Sequence record: PV730302.1
Origin: a phage
DNA: 64,000 nt
Reading direction: 5' to 3' (one strand)
Every line of letters starts with the position of its first letter. The first letter of the stretch is position 1. A program made the position numbers and the translations under genes. A model generated the notes under the pieces. That model was not told where the DNA came from and searched no databases. It saw only the letters and a list, made by a program, of their open reading frames with translations. Below are positions 21,443 through 31,910 of this stretch, piece after piece.

Positions 21443-21820
21443 TTACTGAATATCAAAAGTCGCTTTAATCAGGGCAATGACTTCAGCGGCATTTTTGTGA
21501 TTGACTTGTACATGAATGGTTTGGGTATCAATATCAGGGGCATCGCTATCAACTTCTAGGAAGTGACAGAATTCCCATTCACCGAGTTCAAAGTACTCAT
21601 CAGGCCCACCCATACTATTCAGGATGGTGCCATCTTTCATTTCAACTTTTTCAACAAAATAATCACCTTCAATATAACTCATATCCAGGACTTTGAAGGA
21701 ATTGCCATGTCGTTCCATCAACCTGACCATGCACGAATTATAATTATCATCAGGACTACCAGCGATGAATTGTTTTTTAGCAGCAGGGTCTAATACGTAA
21801 AATTTACCAGTTTCCATCAT
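21443..21820 (-). CDS. Hypothetical protein, paralogue of the 22432..22815 gene
   Basis: Start moved to ATGATG at 21820 with GAGGAAATTAAA SD; C-terminal region aligns by eye with the 22432..22815 protein (EYFEL...F..EV...D...T..IH..V......II.L...TF). Confidence 0.45.
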   Translation of the reverse strand: MMETGKFYVLDPAAKKQFIAGSPDDNYNSCMVRLMERHGNSFKVLDMSYIEGDYFVEKVEMKDGTILNSMGGPDEYFELGEWEFCHFLEVDSDAPDIDTQTIHVQVNHKNAAEVIALIKATFDIQ

Positions 21821-21878
21821 TTTAATTTCCTCATTTTTGTTGAGGGAACATATTATCATGTTCCCGTCGGTTTGTATA

Positions 21879-22124
21879 CTAAGCTTCAATCAAATTCATA
21901 TAAAATTCAGCGTCTTCCGGGTGCATCCCTTCGCAATATTCATTTTGCATAAAGCGGGTAAGGTCTTCAAGAGGACCTTGGACTTCAATTTGAATACTAA
22001 AGAATTGGGTATCTTTAATGTAAGTCATACACAAAGAAGGATAACGATTACGGATAACTTCGTAAGTGTATTCAAAATCAACGATATCAATATTAACCTT
22101 AGCCATTTTATTTTCCTCACTCAT
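21879..22124 (-). CDS. Hypothetical protein (81 aa)
   Basis: ORF track; promoter cassette upstream. Confidence 0.4.
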   Translation of the reverse strand: MSEENKMAKVNIDIVDFEYTYEVIRNRYPSLCMTYIKDTQFFSIQIEVQGPLEDLTRFMQNEYCEGMHPEDAEFYMNLIEA

Positions 22125-22134
22125 TAGTTGATAG

Positions 22135-22168
22135 GTCTATAGTATCATGTTTAAAGCAGATGTAAACA
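22135..22168 (-). promoter_or_regulatory. Early/middle promoter cassette (GTTTACA, TGCTTTA, TACTAT)
   Basis: Minus sense GTTTACAtcTGCTTTAaacatgaTACTATagacc; near-identical copies at 22836..22876, 39705..39736 and elsewhere. Confidence 0.5.
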
Positions 22169-22169
22169 C

Positions 22170-22493
22170 TTATTTTTGAATTTTATCGAGCCATTTACCA
22201 AGTTTAATCATTTCTTTGGTAGCTTTTTCCATACTTCTGAATTTAACCAGTAAAGGTTGAGCATCAACACCCATAACTAAAGTGGTTACAAGACTATGTT
22301 CACCTACAAGCCATAACGAATACGTTTGGATATCGAGCCCATAATTTCGGTCTTTATGAACTCGTACACCCATCACTTCAAACTGTTCGCTGGCTTTTTC
22401 TACTGCATCCAGGAAATCATCTTTAGTCATGTTAGGCCTTAAAAGTTTTTTGCAAAAGTTCAATGATTTGGTCAACGTTCTGTTCGGTAACAA
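22170..22493 (-). CDS. Hypothetical protein (107 aa)
   Basis: ORF track. Confidence 0.35.
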   Translation of the reverse strand: MLPNRTLTKSLNFCKKLLRPNMTKDDFLDAVEKASEQFEVMGVRVHKDRNYGLDIQTYSLWLVGEHSLVTTLVMGVDAQPLLVKFRSMEKATKEMIKLGKWLDKIQK

Positions 22494-22815
22494 TGCAATG
22501 GATTTGAGTCACACCTGCTTTAGTAACAGGTCCGTCAACTTCATCTTGTTCGGCATATTCACGGAAGCAATAGAACTCGTCTTCATGCAATTCAAAATAT
22601 TCCTCTAGTGTCCCGTCTGCACTAAAAATCTCGCCATTTGCACATTTGATTTTAGTTACAAATTTATCCCCATCCGTAGTCATTGTATCCTTTACTTCAA
22701 ACCATCCGCCATTGTCTTGGATAATATCCACCATATCGTTATTATTGATAGGGGTGATATTAATAAAAGATTTGATACGCTCAGGACGAAGTTCGTATTT
22801 TTTACCGATTTCCAT
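22432..22815 (-). CDS. Hypothetical protein, paralogue of the 21443..21820 gene
   Basis: ORF track; shared C-terminal sequence pattern with the paralogue. Confidence 0.45.
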   Translation of the reverse strand: MEIGKKYELRPERIKSFINITPINNNDMVDIIQDNGGWFEVKDTMTTDGDKFVTKIKCANGEIFSADGTLEEYFELHEDEFYCFREYAEQDEVDGPVTKAGVTQIHCIVTEQNVDQIIELLQKTFKA

Positions 22816-22877
22816 TTTTATTTCCTCATGTAGTTGATAAGTCTATAGTATCATGTTTAAAGGCATTGTAAACCATT

Positions 22878-22909
22878 AAATGCCAAAAAGGGAAGACCGA
22901 AGTCTTCCC
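22878..22909 (-). terminator. Terminator/stabilising hairpin downstream of gene 32
   Basis: gggaagac-cgaa-gtcttccc stem (22890..22909) followed in minus sense by TTTTTGG. Confidence 0.55.
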
Positions 22910-22925
22910 ATTATGAATCAATAAC

Positions 22926-23831
22926 TTATAGACCAGCTAACAGGTCGTCCAGACCATCGTCATCAGAAGGACTTACTGACGGCTCAGGAGTAGTGGAACG
23001 AGTCGGTGTAGACGGTTTGGAATCATATGCATCAAGGTCTGCACTGAATGCGTCCAGGTCATCACCAATCTTATCAGCGGCTGCAGAAGCTTTAGCGGCA
23101 GCACCACCAAGAGCAGCTGTACCAACAACTTTCTTAAACTTGGCTTCGTTAGTTTCGAATGATTTGAAATCGAGCAGTTTAGAAAGGTCGTGCATTTCTT
23201 CCATCAATTTAGCTTGGTAAGCTTCATCATTGATGTTAGGAATTTCAGACTGACCCATGAATTTGGAATCGTCGTAGTTCTTGAAGTCGCCAACTTTCTT
23301 AGATTTCAGTACGAAGTTCGCACCATCAAACGGACATGTTACGTCAATCGGAACTTCACCGATATCGGTATCAACTTCAACCATCTGGTTGATTTTATCC
23401 ATAATTTTCTGACCGAAACGGAATTTAAACACTTTACCTTCGTTAGCAGGCACTGCACTATCCTTAATAACAAGGATGTTAGCCCAGAAGGAAGTTTTAC
23501 GTTTCATCAGTTTGTATTCGGCATTATTAGTATTAAAGGTATCATTCTGGTTCATGTATTTACATACAGGACATGAATCGAAATCACCGTGAGTAGACGT
23601 ACAGTTTTCAATATACCATTGACCATTTTTCTTAAAGCCGTGGTTAACGAGCTTAATGAATGGAGATGGATTTTCTTCGTTTTTCGAAGGTAGGAAACGA
23701 ATTACCGCAGTACCAACGCCATTGTCATCTTTCAATTTCCATTCAGCTTTATCATCGGAAGAGAAAGAAGAACCACCTTTCATTGCAGACAGTTGAGCAG
23801 CCAGTTGGGAAGGGTCTTTACGTTTAAACAT
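22926..23831 (-). CDS. 32: Single-stranded DNA-binding protein gp32
   Basis: [13 protein letters not shown]...[11 protein letters not shown]...ILVIKD...GKVFKFRFG and acidic C-terminus match remembered T4 gp32. Confidence 0.95.
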   Translation of the reverse strand: MFKRKDPSQLAAQLSAMKGGSSFSSDDKAEWKLKDDNGVGTAVIRFLPSKNEENPSPFIKLVNHGFKKNGQWYIENCTSTHGDFDSCPVCKYMNQNDTFNTNNAEYKLMKRKTSFWANILVIKDSAVPANEGKVFKFRFGQKIMDKINQMVEVDTDIGEVPIDVTCPFDGANFVLKSKKVGDFKNYDDSKFMGQSEIPNINDEAYQAKLMEEMHDLSKLLDFKSFETNEAKFKKVVGTAALGGAAAKASAAADKIGDDLDAFSADLDAYDSKPSTPTRSTTPEPSVSPSDDDGLDDLLAGL

Positions 23832-23921
23832 TTTATTTACCTTAGCAGATTTTAGCAGTTGTATTTTATTAACAGTTTTTAACAGATTGAGTTAGTATAT
23901 TAACACAGTTGGTTTGAAGCA

Positions 23922-24575
23922 TTAAAACTTACAAGATTTGATAGTTTCAATGAACAATTTACGAGCTTCTAAATTATCGATTATAAGAATTTTCTTATAA
24001 GCATTTAATTTAGTCGAATACTTAGACCACACTAAATCGTTGGTCTGTTCATCATGTTTATTTATTATATCCATAAATGAATCAAGCAAAATAAACGTTT
24101 CGAATGAAATAACATTCGATTGAAGGAGCTTAAAAATATAGCTCGAGTTAACTTTTTTATTATAATCAAAAATTTCAGAAAGCGCTTTAACTTCCACTTT
24201 CTTACTAAAATAATAAATGTTTTTGATATCATCCTCAAAAACTTGTTTTATTCTTTTAAGTCTACCGATATATTCTCGGTAAAAGACTAAGGCGTCAGCA
24301 TCACTGATGTCGCCAATCCACGCGTCTTGGTTAGCCACCAAGTTACTCATGAAGATAAGAGCAAGCTCTTTCAAAGTGTATTTATCACTCAATTTCTCAA
24401 AGAAATATTTGTCACGACGTTTTTGATAAGCCGTATCAGAGATTCGCATGACCCAGTTATATTTGATAACATCGTATTTGGCATTGAAGTGATGTTTGAG
24501 CATTAAGTATAGTGAATATACGCTCTTACCATTCACCATACGGTTATTGTTTGGTGGCATGCGAATCTTAATCAT
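23922..24575 (-). CDS. 59: Helicase loader gp59
   Basis: 217 aa; MIKIRMP...DVIKYNW.MR.SD.AYQKRRDKYFF.KLS.KY.LKELALIF.SNLVANQDAWIGDISDADALVFYREYIGRLK matches remembered T4 gp59. Confidence 0.9.
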   Translation of the reverse strand: MIKIRMPPNNNRMVNGKSVYSLYLMLKHHFNAKYDVIKYNWVMRISDTAYQKRRDKYFFEKLSDKYTLKELALIFMSNLVANQDAWIGDISDADALVFYREYIGRLKRIKQVFEDDIKNIYYFSKKVEVKALSEIFDYNKKVNSSYIFKLLQSNVISFETFILLDSFMDIINKHDEQTNDLVWSKYSTKLNAYKKILIIDNLEARKLFIETIKSCKF

Positions 24576-24874
24576 AACAAGAAATCCAGAGTATTAGTTT
24601 TTTGCGTTCGGGCCATTGAAGGTCGAAGCAAGTTATCATCAATGGCTTCGTTCATAATTTTATCAATAATTCCTGCAGGCAAATAACGAGCAAAGTTACC
24701 TTCAGGGATGCTGTTCTCTTCCAACCATGCGGTAGCCGCTTCGAGGTAACTACAACCTTCAGCCTCAACAAAGGCCTCAATATCAAGGCCATTCTGTTGT
24801 TTGTTTACCAATACATGGACAGGTTCGGAAGCGGTATTAACCGCTCCATCAAAATCATTCAAAGATTGTGTCAT
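24572..24874 (-). CDS. 33: Late transcription co-activator gp33
   Basis: 100 aa, position between 59 and dsbA; C-terminal ...TNTLDFLL consistent with remembered gp33. Confidence 0.65.
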   Translation of the reverse strand: MTQSLNDFDGAVNTASEPVHVLVNKQQNGLDIEAFVEAEGCSYLEAATAWLEENSIPEGNFARYLPAGIIDKIMNEAIDDNLLRPSMARTQKTNTLDFLL

Positions 24875-25133
24875 ACAGTTCTACCACTTCAGTTTTTTCG
24901 TCTTCGAAACGTTCACGAGTGCCTTTATGGTACAGGGAGAACAGTTGGTTAAACATTTTACCGTCCACACCAAGTTCAGTCTTAGCACGGTCTTTGATAT
25001 CTTTAATTTCGTCGCCATAAGCTTCCATTTTTAATTTAGTATCGGAAGCAGACTTAATCAGTTGTGCCAATGTGTTACCATGTTCTTCTTGATTGAATTC
25101 AACTTTCACTTTTTCTTTAGCCATTATATTCAC
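24855..25133 (-). CDS. dsbA: Probable DsbA (late-promoter dsDNA-binding protein)
   Basis: 92 aa, position between rnh and 33 as in T4. Confidence 0.55.
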   Translation of the reverse strand: MNIMAKEKVKVEFNQEEHGNTLAQLIKSASDTKLKMEAYGDEIKDIKDRAKTELGVDGKMFNQLFSLYHKGTRERFEDEKTEVVELYDTIFE

Positions 25134-25134
25134 C

Positions 25135-26082
25135 TTAATAAAAATCAGCTACTGTAGCAGTTAGTTTAGACAAACCAGATTTAACGAAATAAGGATAGAC
25201 TTTAGATTTCGAAGGTTTGTTATACGTATTATATCTTTCAGTAATTAAAGCAACAATATCATCTGGAATATAGTCCATATCAATTAAGATTTGGTTTTCA
25301 CAGAAACGTTCATATTGTTCTTCAGTAAGAAGTGTTTTAATTATATCACGGTCGTAATAATTCAGAGCAATCGCTTCAAGTTCCCTGGCACGAGTGCTAG
25401 GAGTACGTTCGCCTTCAACCATTGTCAACCAGTAGTCACCACGAACTTTAATACTCGCAACGTTATCCTTGCGGTCGCCTTTAACAACCTTAGTTACACA
25501 ATCAAGCAATGCATCGCCGGATTTTGTTTTGACGAATTTTTTCTGCATTGGAGACCATTGTTTTACCCCAGGGAATTTATGAAGTTGGGTAAAGTCACCA
25601 TCAGAAGAACCAATCATAACAGGGTGACCTAAAGCCGTAAGGATGCGAGTCAATACAGCAATATGGTCATCAGCTTCGATTGTATCGATATTCATAACAA
25701 TATAAGGCATGTTTTGTTCCAGTTCATCAACAATAATATGCATTGCTGTGAATAAACCTTCCCAATCAAATGGTGATTCGTCACGTGCCTTAGCACGGTT
25801 TTTCTTATAATAGGAAGAATAACGACGACGCCAATAACCTGATTTGGAGTTATCAACACAAATAACCAGTTGGTTGTAACCTTGTTTTTTAAAGTCTTTA
25901 ATATTTTTCTTAATTGAATTCAACACGAGGTGTCGAAGCATTGCTGTAGTTACTTTAGGAAATCCAGCATTTTCGCCAAATTCTTGGAATGCTGCCGCCA
26001 TAATGATTTGGCTGAAATCTAAGAGTAAAAATCCATCTTTTTGTTGGTCTTCTTCAGGAAGTAAAAAATCTAAATCGTTCAT
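25135..26082 (-). CDS. rnh: RNase H / 5'-3' exonuclease (FEN family)
   Basis: Translation ...NSKSGYWRR...YKKNR...DW.......II.....YIVM.ID..EADDHIAVL...SSDGDFTQLHK.P.VKQWSPM.KK matches remembered T4 RNase H. Confidence 0.9.
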   Translation of the reverse strand: MNDLDFLLPEEDQQKDGFLLLDFSQIIMAAAFQEFGENAGFPKVTTAMLRHLVLNSIKKNIKDFKKQGYNQLVICVDNSKSGYWRRRYSSYYKKNRAKARDESPFDWEGLFTAMHIIVDELEQNMPYIVMNIDTIEADDHIAVLTRILTALGHPVMIGSSDGDFTQLHKFPGVKQWSPMQKKFVKTKSGDALLDCVTKVVKGDRKDNVASIKVRGDYWLTMVEGERTPSTRARELEAIALNYYDRDIIKTLLTEEQYERFCENQILIDMDYIPDDIVALITERYNTYNKPSKSKVYPYFVKSGLSKLTATVADFY

Positions 26083-26149
26083 ATGAACCTCTGTTCAAGT
26101 AGTTGAGAGGTCCATTATATCATGGCCTTAGGATAAGTAAACACTTTGC

Positions 26150-26157
26150 TATAAATA
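26150..26157 (+). promoter_or_regulatory. Late promoter TATAAATA for gene 34
   Basis: Exact TATAAATA 33 nt upstream of the gene 34 ATG. Confidence 0.7.
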
Positions 26158-26189
26158 GTTCTATACCCTGAAAACGAAAAGGAAATAAA

Positions 26190-29100
26190 ATGGCTGATAT
26201 TTTAAAACCTGCATTCCGTGCTACATCCGGACTCGATGCTGCGGGCGAGAAAGTTATCAATGTTGCCAAAGCCGATTACAATGTATTAGATGATGGCGTC
26301 AACGTTGAATTCTTTATAGATGAGAACACCATCCAGGCGTACGACGAGACGCGCGGATATAAGAATGGGTTTGCCGTAATCCATGACCAACGTATCTGGG
26401 TTGCTCAACGCGATATCAATGCTCCTGCAGGAACTTTTACTCCAGGCTATTGGACTGCTACCCGTACTGACCCTAAATGGATTACCGTAGCGTCTCCTAC
26501 ACGCCAGCTGGCTTCCGGTGAATATATTGCGGTGGATTCCGCTGCTAGCTTTACTACATTTACCCTGCCTCCGAACCCTACTGATGGCGATACCGTTGTA
26601 ATTAAAGATATCGGTGGACGTGTTGGGTATAACGAAATAAAGGTCCAATCTAGTTCTGCTCCTGGTGGCGGTAACCAGAAAATTGTTCGTTTTGGTAATC
26701 AGTTTACTGAGACCTTAATTACGAAGCCTTTTTCTTATAACATGCTTATCTTTGCTAACCGTCTTTGGCATTTCTGGGAAGCTGGTAACGAAGAACGCGG
26801 TATTCGTGTAGAACCGAACATGGCCCAGTTCCAATCACAAGCAGGTGATAACGTTCTCCGTCGTTATACTTCAGGTGCAGTGATTAAGTTTACTCTTCCT
26901 AAGTATGCAAACCAAGGCGATATGATTAAAACCGTTGATATTGATGGTTTAGGAAGTAAATTCCACTTAATCGTTGAAACGTTTGATGCTTCATCTTCAT
27001 TAGGTAAGCTTGGTCAGCATAGCATGGAATTCCGTACCTCTGGTGATGGATTCTTTGTTTATAACTCTACCGAAAAATTATGGTATGTTTGGGACGGGGA
27101 CCGTCAAACTCGTTTACGAGTAATTCGTGACGATGTTGAGCTCTTGGCTAATGAAAGTGTTATTGTTTTCGGCCCTAATAATACAACACCTCAGACGATT
27201 AATATCACATTACCTACAGGCGTAGCCCAGGGCGATGTCGTTAAAATCGCATTAAACTATCTTCGTAAAGCTCAGACGGTAAATATTAAGGCCGCTGTAG
27301 GAGATAAAATAGCTTCTTCAGTTCAATTGCTCCAGTTCCCTAAACGTTCTGAATATCCGCCGGATACCGAATGGGTTCTGAATGATGTATTGACCTTCAA
27401 TGGTAACTTAAGTTATACTCCTGTTATTGAACTGAGTTATATCGAAGACACCACTACAGGTGGCAAATATTGGGTTGTTGCTCAGAACGTTCCTACTGTA
27501 GAACGTGTGGATTCTAAGGATGATTTAACCCGTGCTCGTCTTGGTGTTATTGCTCTGGCGTCACAGACCCAAGCAAACGTTGACCATGAAAATAATCCTG
27601 AAAAAGAACTGGCTATCACCCCACAGACTTTAGCTAATCGTGTAGCGACTGAATCACGTCGTGGTATTGCTCGTATTGCTACAACGGCTCAGGTAAACCA
27701 GAATACCGGATTTGCATTCCAGGACGATTTGATTATTTCTCCTAAGAAATTAAACGAACGTACTGCTACCGAAACCCGTCGTGGTGTGGCTGAAATTGCT
27801 ACGCAACAGGAAACTGATGCAGGCGTTGATGATACAACCATTATCACTCCTAAGAAGCTACAGACGCGCCAGGGAACTGAAAGCCTGTCAGGTATAGTAA
27901 AATACGTATCCACCACTGGAACCACTCCTGCGACTTCTAGAGCAACTGTAGGTACTAACGTTTATAATAAGAACACAACTACTTTAGTTATTTCTCCTAA
28001 AGCTTTGGACCAATATAAAGCTAACTATGAGAACCAAGGTGCTGTATATCTTGCTACGCAAGCCGAAGTTAATGCGGGTGCTACTAACCCTGGTTTTAGT
28101 AACTCGGTTGTTACACCTGAAACATTAGGTGCTCGTCGTGCTTCTGATACTAATCACGGTTTAATTGAAATTGCTACGCAAGCAGAGACTGATACTGGAA
28201 CTGATTATACTCGTGCGGTAACGCCTAAGACGTTAAATGACAGGAATGCTACTCAAACACTTACTGGTATTGCTCGTATTGGTACTCAAGTAGAATTTGA
28301 TGCAGGTGTATTAGATAATGTTATTTCAACTCCGTTGAAAATTAAAACACGTTTTAATAATACTGCTAGAACTTCTGTCTCAGCAGCCAGTGGTTTGATT
28401 GAATCAGGAACCTTATGGAACCATTATACACTAGATATCCGTGAAGCAAGTAATACTCAACGTGGTACGGCTCGTTTGGCTACCCAAACTGAAGTTAATA
28501 CTGGTACTGATGACAAAACAATCATCACTCCACTTAAGCTTCAAGCTAAAAAGGCTACCGAAAACGCTGAAGGTATTATCCAACTCGCTACTCAGGCTGA
28601 AGTTATTGCTGGTACGGTAAGTAATAAAGCGTTTAGTCCTAAGCATTACAAATATATCGTCCAACAGGAAAAATCCTGGGAAGCTACTTCTGCTCGTAGA
28701 GGATATGTTAAATTAACCACAGGTACAGCCACTTGGGAAGGTGATGATACTAATGGTTCTGTTGCTAACCTGGCTAAATTTGAAGATAATGGCTTTGCTA
28801 TTTCCCCTCTTCAAATGAATACGGCATTAACTCACTATCTTCCGATTAAAGGTAAGGCTTTTGACTCTGATAAATTGGACGGATTTGATTCTGCTCAGTT
28901 TATTCGTCGTGATATAGCACAAGATATTAATGCTAATATGACATTCAAACAACCTGTTAGAATTGAAAGTACTTTAGCGGTTACCGGTGCGGTTAATTTG
29001 AGTGGCTCTGTTATTTCAAATAATACTACATTAACCGGTTCTACTACAGTCAATAGCAATTCTACTGTAGGCGCTTTGAATTACATTGAGTTCACTTCAC

Positions 29101-30065
29101 TTTCGCAAGGCTCGGGTACTTGGACCTCTCAACATGATAGCAATGTTAAAGCTCCTGTATTTTTAAATATAACTACTCTAGCTGGCGCATCTAGATACGT
29201 TCCTTTAATTAAGCAACGTTATAAAGATGGAACATTTACCTTTGGTACATTGACAAATGAACCTACTTCAAATGATGAAGGTGCTTTTGTTATTCATTAT
29301 ATAGATGCGGTAAAAACCCAGCGTAAATGGACCTTTAGACGGAATGGTGATTTAGAAATAACTGCAGGTAATTTCGTTCTTGGTAATGGGTCTGCTGTAA
29401 TTAATGGTGGTCTTAATGTTACTAAAGCTTCTGGTATTACAACCACTGGGCTAGTTGCCAATAGTGAATCCAGATTCGAAGGTGCTGTTACTATTAACAA
29501 CTTCCTTACGGTAAGCAACAAAGCTACACTTAACAACGGCTTAGCTGTTCAGAAATATGCAAGGGTTACAGGAGATAAGACTTCTGACATCTATAGCAGA
29601 AAACCTACAATGGATAATGTTGGTTTTTGGTCTATAGACATCAACGATTCAGCTACTTATAACCAGTTCCCAGGTTATTTTAAAATGGTTGAAAAGACCA
29701 ACGAAGTAACCGGACTGCCGTATCTGGTCCGCGGTGAAGAAGTTAAATCTCCTGGTACGTTAACTCAGTTCGGTAACACTCTGAATTCGCTTTACCAAGA
29801 TTGGATTACCTATCCAAATACTGCAGACGGAAGCACCACTCGTTGGACTCGTACTTGGCAGCAAAATAAAAATGCTTGGTCTGGATTTGTTCAGGTATTT
29901 GATGGCGGTAACCCACCACAACCATCTGATATCGGTGCTTTGCCTTCAGACAACGCTTCAATGAGTAACTTGACCATTCGTGATTGGTTAAGAATCGGTA
30001 ACGTACGCGTTGTTCCGGACCCGGTAACTCGTTCTGTTAAATTCGAATGGATTGATACACCATAA
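26190..30065 (+). CDS. 34: Long tail fibre proximal subunit gp34
   Basis: 1291-aa ORF heading the plus-strand late tail-fibre block; contains repeated fibre motifs; size and position as T4 gp34. Confidence 0.9.
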   Translation: MADILKPAFRATSGLDAAGEKVINVAKADYNVLDDGVNVEFFIDENTIQAYDETRGYKNGFAVIHDQRIWVAQRDINAPAGTFTPGYWTATRTDPKWITVASPTRQLASGEYIAVDSAASFTTFTLPPNPTDGDTVVIKDIGGRVGYNEIKVQSSSAPGGGNQKIVRFGNQFTETLITKPFSYNMLIFANRLWHFWEAGNEERGIRVEPNMAQFQSQAGDNVLRRYTSGAVIKFTLPKYANQGDMIKTVDIDGLGSKFHLIVETFDASSSLGKLGQHSMEFRTSGDGFFVYNSTEKLWYVWDGDRQTRLRVIRDDVELLANESVIVFGPNNTTPQTINITLPTGVAQGDVVKIALNYLRKAQTVNIKAAVGDKIASSVQLLQFPKRSEYPPDTEWVLNDVLTFNGNLSYTPVIELSYIEDTTTGGKYWVVAQNVPTVERVDSKDDLTRARLGVIALASQTQANVDHENNPEKELAITPQTLANRVATESRRGIARIATTAQVNQNTGFAFQDDLIISPKKLNERTATETRRGVAEIATQQETDAGVDDTTIITPKKLQTRQGTESLSGIVKYVSTTGTTPATSRATVGTNVYNKNTTTLVISPKALDQYKANYENQGAVYLATQAEVNAGATNPGFSNSVVTPETLGARRASDTNHGLIEIATQAETDTGTDYTRAVTPKTLNDRNATQTLTGIARIGTQVEFDAGVLDNVISTPLKIKTRFNNTARTSVSAASGLIESGTLWNHYTLDIREASNTQRGTARLATQTEVNTGTDDKTIITPLKLQAKKATENAEGIIQLATQAEVIAGTVSNKAFSPKHYKYIVQQEKSWEATSARRGYVKLTTGTATWEGDDTNGSVANLAKFEDNGFAISPLQMNTALTHYLPIKGKAFDSDKLDGFDSAQFIRRDIAQDINANMTFKQPVRIESTLAVTGAVNLSGSVISNNTTLTGSTTVNSNSTVGALNYIEFTSLSQGSGTWTSQHDSNVKAPVFLNITTLAGASRYVPLIKQRYKDGTFTFGTLTNEPTSNDEGAFVIHYIDAVKTQRKWTFRRNGDLEITAGNFVLGNGSAVINGGLNVTKASGITTTGLVANSESRFEGAVTINNFLTVSNKATLNNGLAVQKYARVTGDKTSDIYSRKPTMDNVGFWSIDINDSATYNQFPGYFKMVEKTNEVTGLPYLVRGEEVKSPGTLTQFGNTLNSLYQDWITYPNTADGSTTRWTRTWQQNKNAWSGFVQVFDGGNPPQPSDIGALPSDNASMSNLTIRDWLRIGNVRVVPDPVTRSVKFEWIDTP
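27530..28650 (+). repeat. Tandem degenerate about 40-aa repeats within gp34 (pattern TQAE.N.GTDD...ITP..L)
   Basis: At least 8 repeat units visible in the translation (e.g. IATQQETDAGVDDTTIITPKKL, IATQAETDTGTDYTRAVTPKTL, LATQTEVNTGTDDKTIITPLKL). Confidence 0.6.
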
Positions 30066-30073
30066 GAGGTAAT

Positions 30074-31198
30074 ATGGAAAGATTTATGGCTGAATTTGGA
30101 CAAGACTACGTTCAAATTCCTGTACTATCTGAAAATAATGCCGTTAGTTATAAACTTAGTATAGCAGGGAGCTGTACTAAGTCCACTAAAAAGGCTTATA
30201 TCAAATTTCAAGATGAGGACTTCGGTCCTCAGAATTTCCAATCCGGGTTAAATTTGGTTGAAATAGACCCAACAAATAACACAATAGTAACTACAAAATC
30301 ATACGCATTTACCAAAGACCATGATGTTATTTCCCAAGCGTTTATAACTTATATTTCATCTATACCCGCCGGTAGAATTGTTTGCTTTATTTCTTCTGGT
30401 AAATTAAACGCCTCGCAAGTATTAATTGATTGGTTTAGGGCTTCCGGTTCTACGGCGTTCCCCGATAAGTGGCTCATCGATAAAGTGGATACTTCTTATT
30501 CAGCTTTTTATGTTTCAGGAAGAAATGCTATAGTAATGGAACACGTGCTTTATAACGACGGCGTTTTGGTAGAAGACGTTTCCACCCCATTAGAAGTCGT
30601 TTATGACAACTTTAATGATGTAGGAGGAACTGGGTTCCCTGTTAGAGTCATTGAAGATGAAAACACTTATTATAGCGGAGCTACTCAAGAAATTAAAAGG
30701 TTTCCTACCGAATCCGCCATAACTCCTTGTGCCGGTTATAATATGGTTCCTGGAGATTTCTTTTATCTCAAATTCCAAATGACCTATGACCAGGCTTTAA
30801 AAGATTTAGGGACGACCCAGATGTCTGTACGATTTTTTAATGGCCAGGAAATGCTTCAATCCACTGATATCAATATTCCTGTAGGAGCGGGCTCTCCACC
30901 GGCAGGCGCATGGATGTCTTTTGAGCGCGTAATAGAAGTTCCGCCGAATGCCAATGGTTTTACATTATATTGTAGAAAAACTGTCTCAGGCGGAGTAGGA
31001 GGTGTTAGGAATGTTATGTTTGGCGAAATAGCTAGACCTGAAGATACCCCTAAATCCGCTGAAATTGGTGTTAATGGTATTCGTATGAGCTACGGTACTG
31101 AAACCCGTTCAATGGGTAATGTTATTGCACAATTGAATGACAAATCATCTGGTAATGCAGGTAAGGTGTTTGTTCAAGAGTTTAAAGAAAAATATTAA
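30074..31198 (+). CDS. 35: Long tail fibre hinge connector gp35
   Basis: 374 aa, immediately downstream of 34; size and position as T4 gp35. Confidence 0.75.
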   Translation: MERFMAEFGQDYVQIPVLSENNAVSYKLSIAGSCTKSTKKAYIKFQDEDFGPQNFQSGLNLVEIDPTNNTIVTTKSYAFTKDHDVISQAFITYISSIPAGRIVCFISSGKLNASQVLIDWFRASGSTAFPDKWLIDKVDTSYSAFYVSGRNAIVMEHVLYNDGVLVEDVSTPLEVVYDNFNDVGGTGFPVRVIEDENTYYSGATQEIKRFPTESAITPCAGYNMVPGDFFYLKFQMTYDQALKDLGTTQMSVRFFNGQEMLQSTDINIPVGAGSPPAGAWMSFERVIEVPPNANGFTLYCRKTVSGGVGGVRNVMFGEIARPEDTPKSAEIGVNGIRMSYGTETRSMGNVIAQLNDKSSGNAGKVFVQEFKEKY

Positions 31199-31219
31199 GG
31201 GACCGTAAGGTCCCTTTTT
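31199..31219 (+). terminator. Rho-independent terminator after gene 35
   Basis: gggacc-gtaa-ggtccc stem followed by TTTTT. Confidence 0.6.
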
Positions 31220-31221
31220 GC

Positions 31222-31229
31222 TATAAATA
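31222..31229 (+). promoter_or_regulatory. Late promoter TATAAATA for genes 36-37-38
   Basis: Exact TATAAATA 26 nt upstream of the gene 36 ATG. Confidence 0.7.
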
Positions 31230-31254
31230 CGTTATCTAATAAAGAGGAATAACT

Positions 31255-31902
31255 ATGGCTGATTTAAAATTAGGCTCAACCGCTGGAGGTTCCGTTATAT
31301 GGCACCAAGGCAATTTTCCGCTGACGCCGGTATCAAATGATATTTTATATAAGACCTACAAAATCTATACTGAATTTAATAAGCCTCAAGCCGCAGATAA
31401 CGACTTTGTTTCTAAAGCCGCCGGAGGCACATATAAAGGTACTGTTAATTTTGAAAAAGGTATAACTTTTAATGATTCCGCTGGGTATGCTATTAAATTG
31501 GGTGCCAGAGAAGGTGGACAACCTTTTACCGCTTCATTTAAGATTAAAGGGGCTTTTGGCCTTGAAACTGAAACAGGAACTCCGTTTGTAATCTTTAACC
31601 CTACCACTACAGTAGGAGCTAACCGACTTACTGTAATGGGCGATATCCTGGGTCGACATATTAAAGATGAATCTGGAAGAGTGTTTTCTCCAGGGAATGC
31701 TCCGACAAAAGCACAAGTTGGATTAAGCGATGTAGATAACGCAAAACAGGTCCAAATAAATAATAGTAACATACAATCTATGGCTGGTGTTCTTTCAGCC
31801 CCGAATTTCATATCTAGGAACCCAGGTACATTGAACGAACACGTTCCTCGTATCGACCAGGTTGTTCTTAGAGGTACATCTGAAGATTTTGGATATTATT
31901 AA
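31255..31902 (+). CDS. 36: Long tail fibre distal connector gp36
   Basis: 215 aa; size and position as T4 gp36. Confidence 0.75.
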   Translation: MADLKLGSTAGGSVIWHQGNFPLTPVSNDILYKTYKIYTEFNKPQAADNDFVSKAAGGTYKGTVNFEKGITFNDSAGYAIKLGAREGGQPFTASFKIKGAFGLETETGTPFVIFNPTTTVGANRLTVMGDILGRHIKDESGRVFSPGNAPTKAQVGLSDVDNAKQVQINNSNIQSMAGVLSAPNFISRNPGTLNEHVPRIDQVVLRGTSEDFGYY

Positions 31903-31910
31903 GAGGCATT

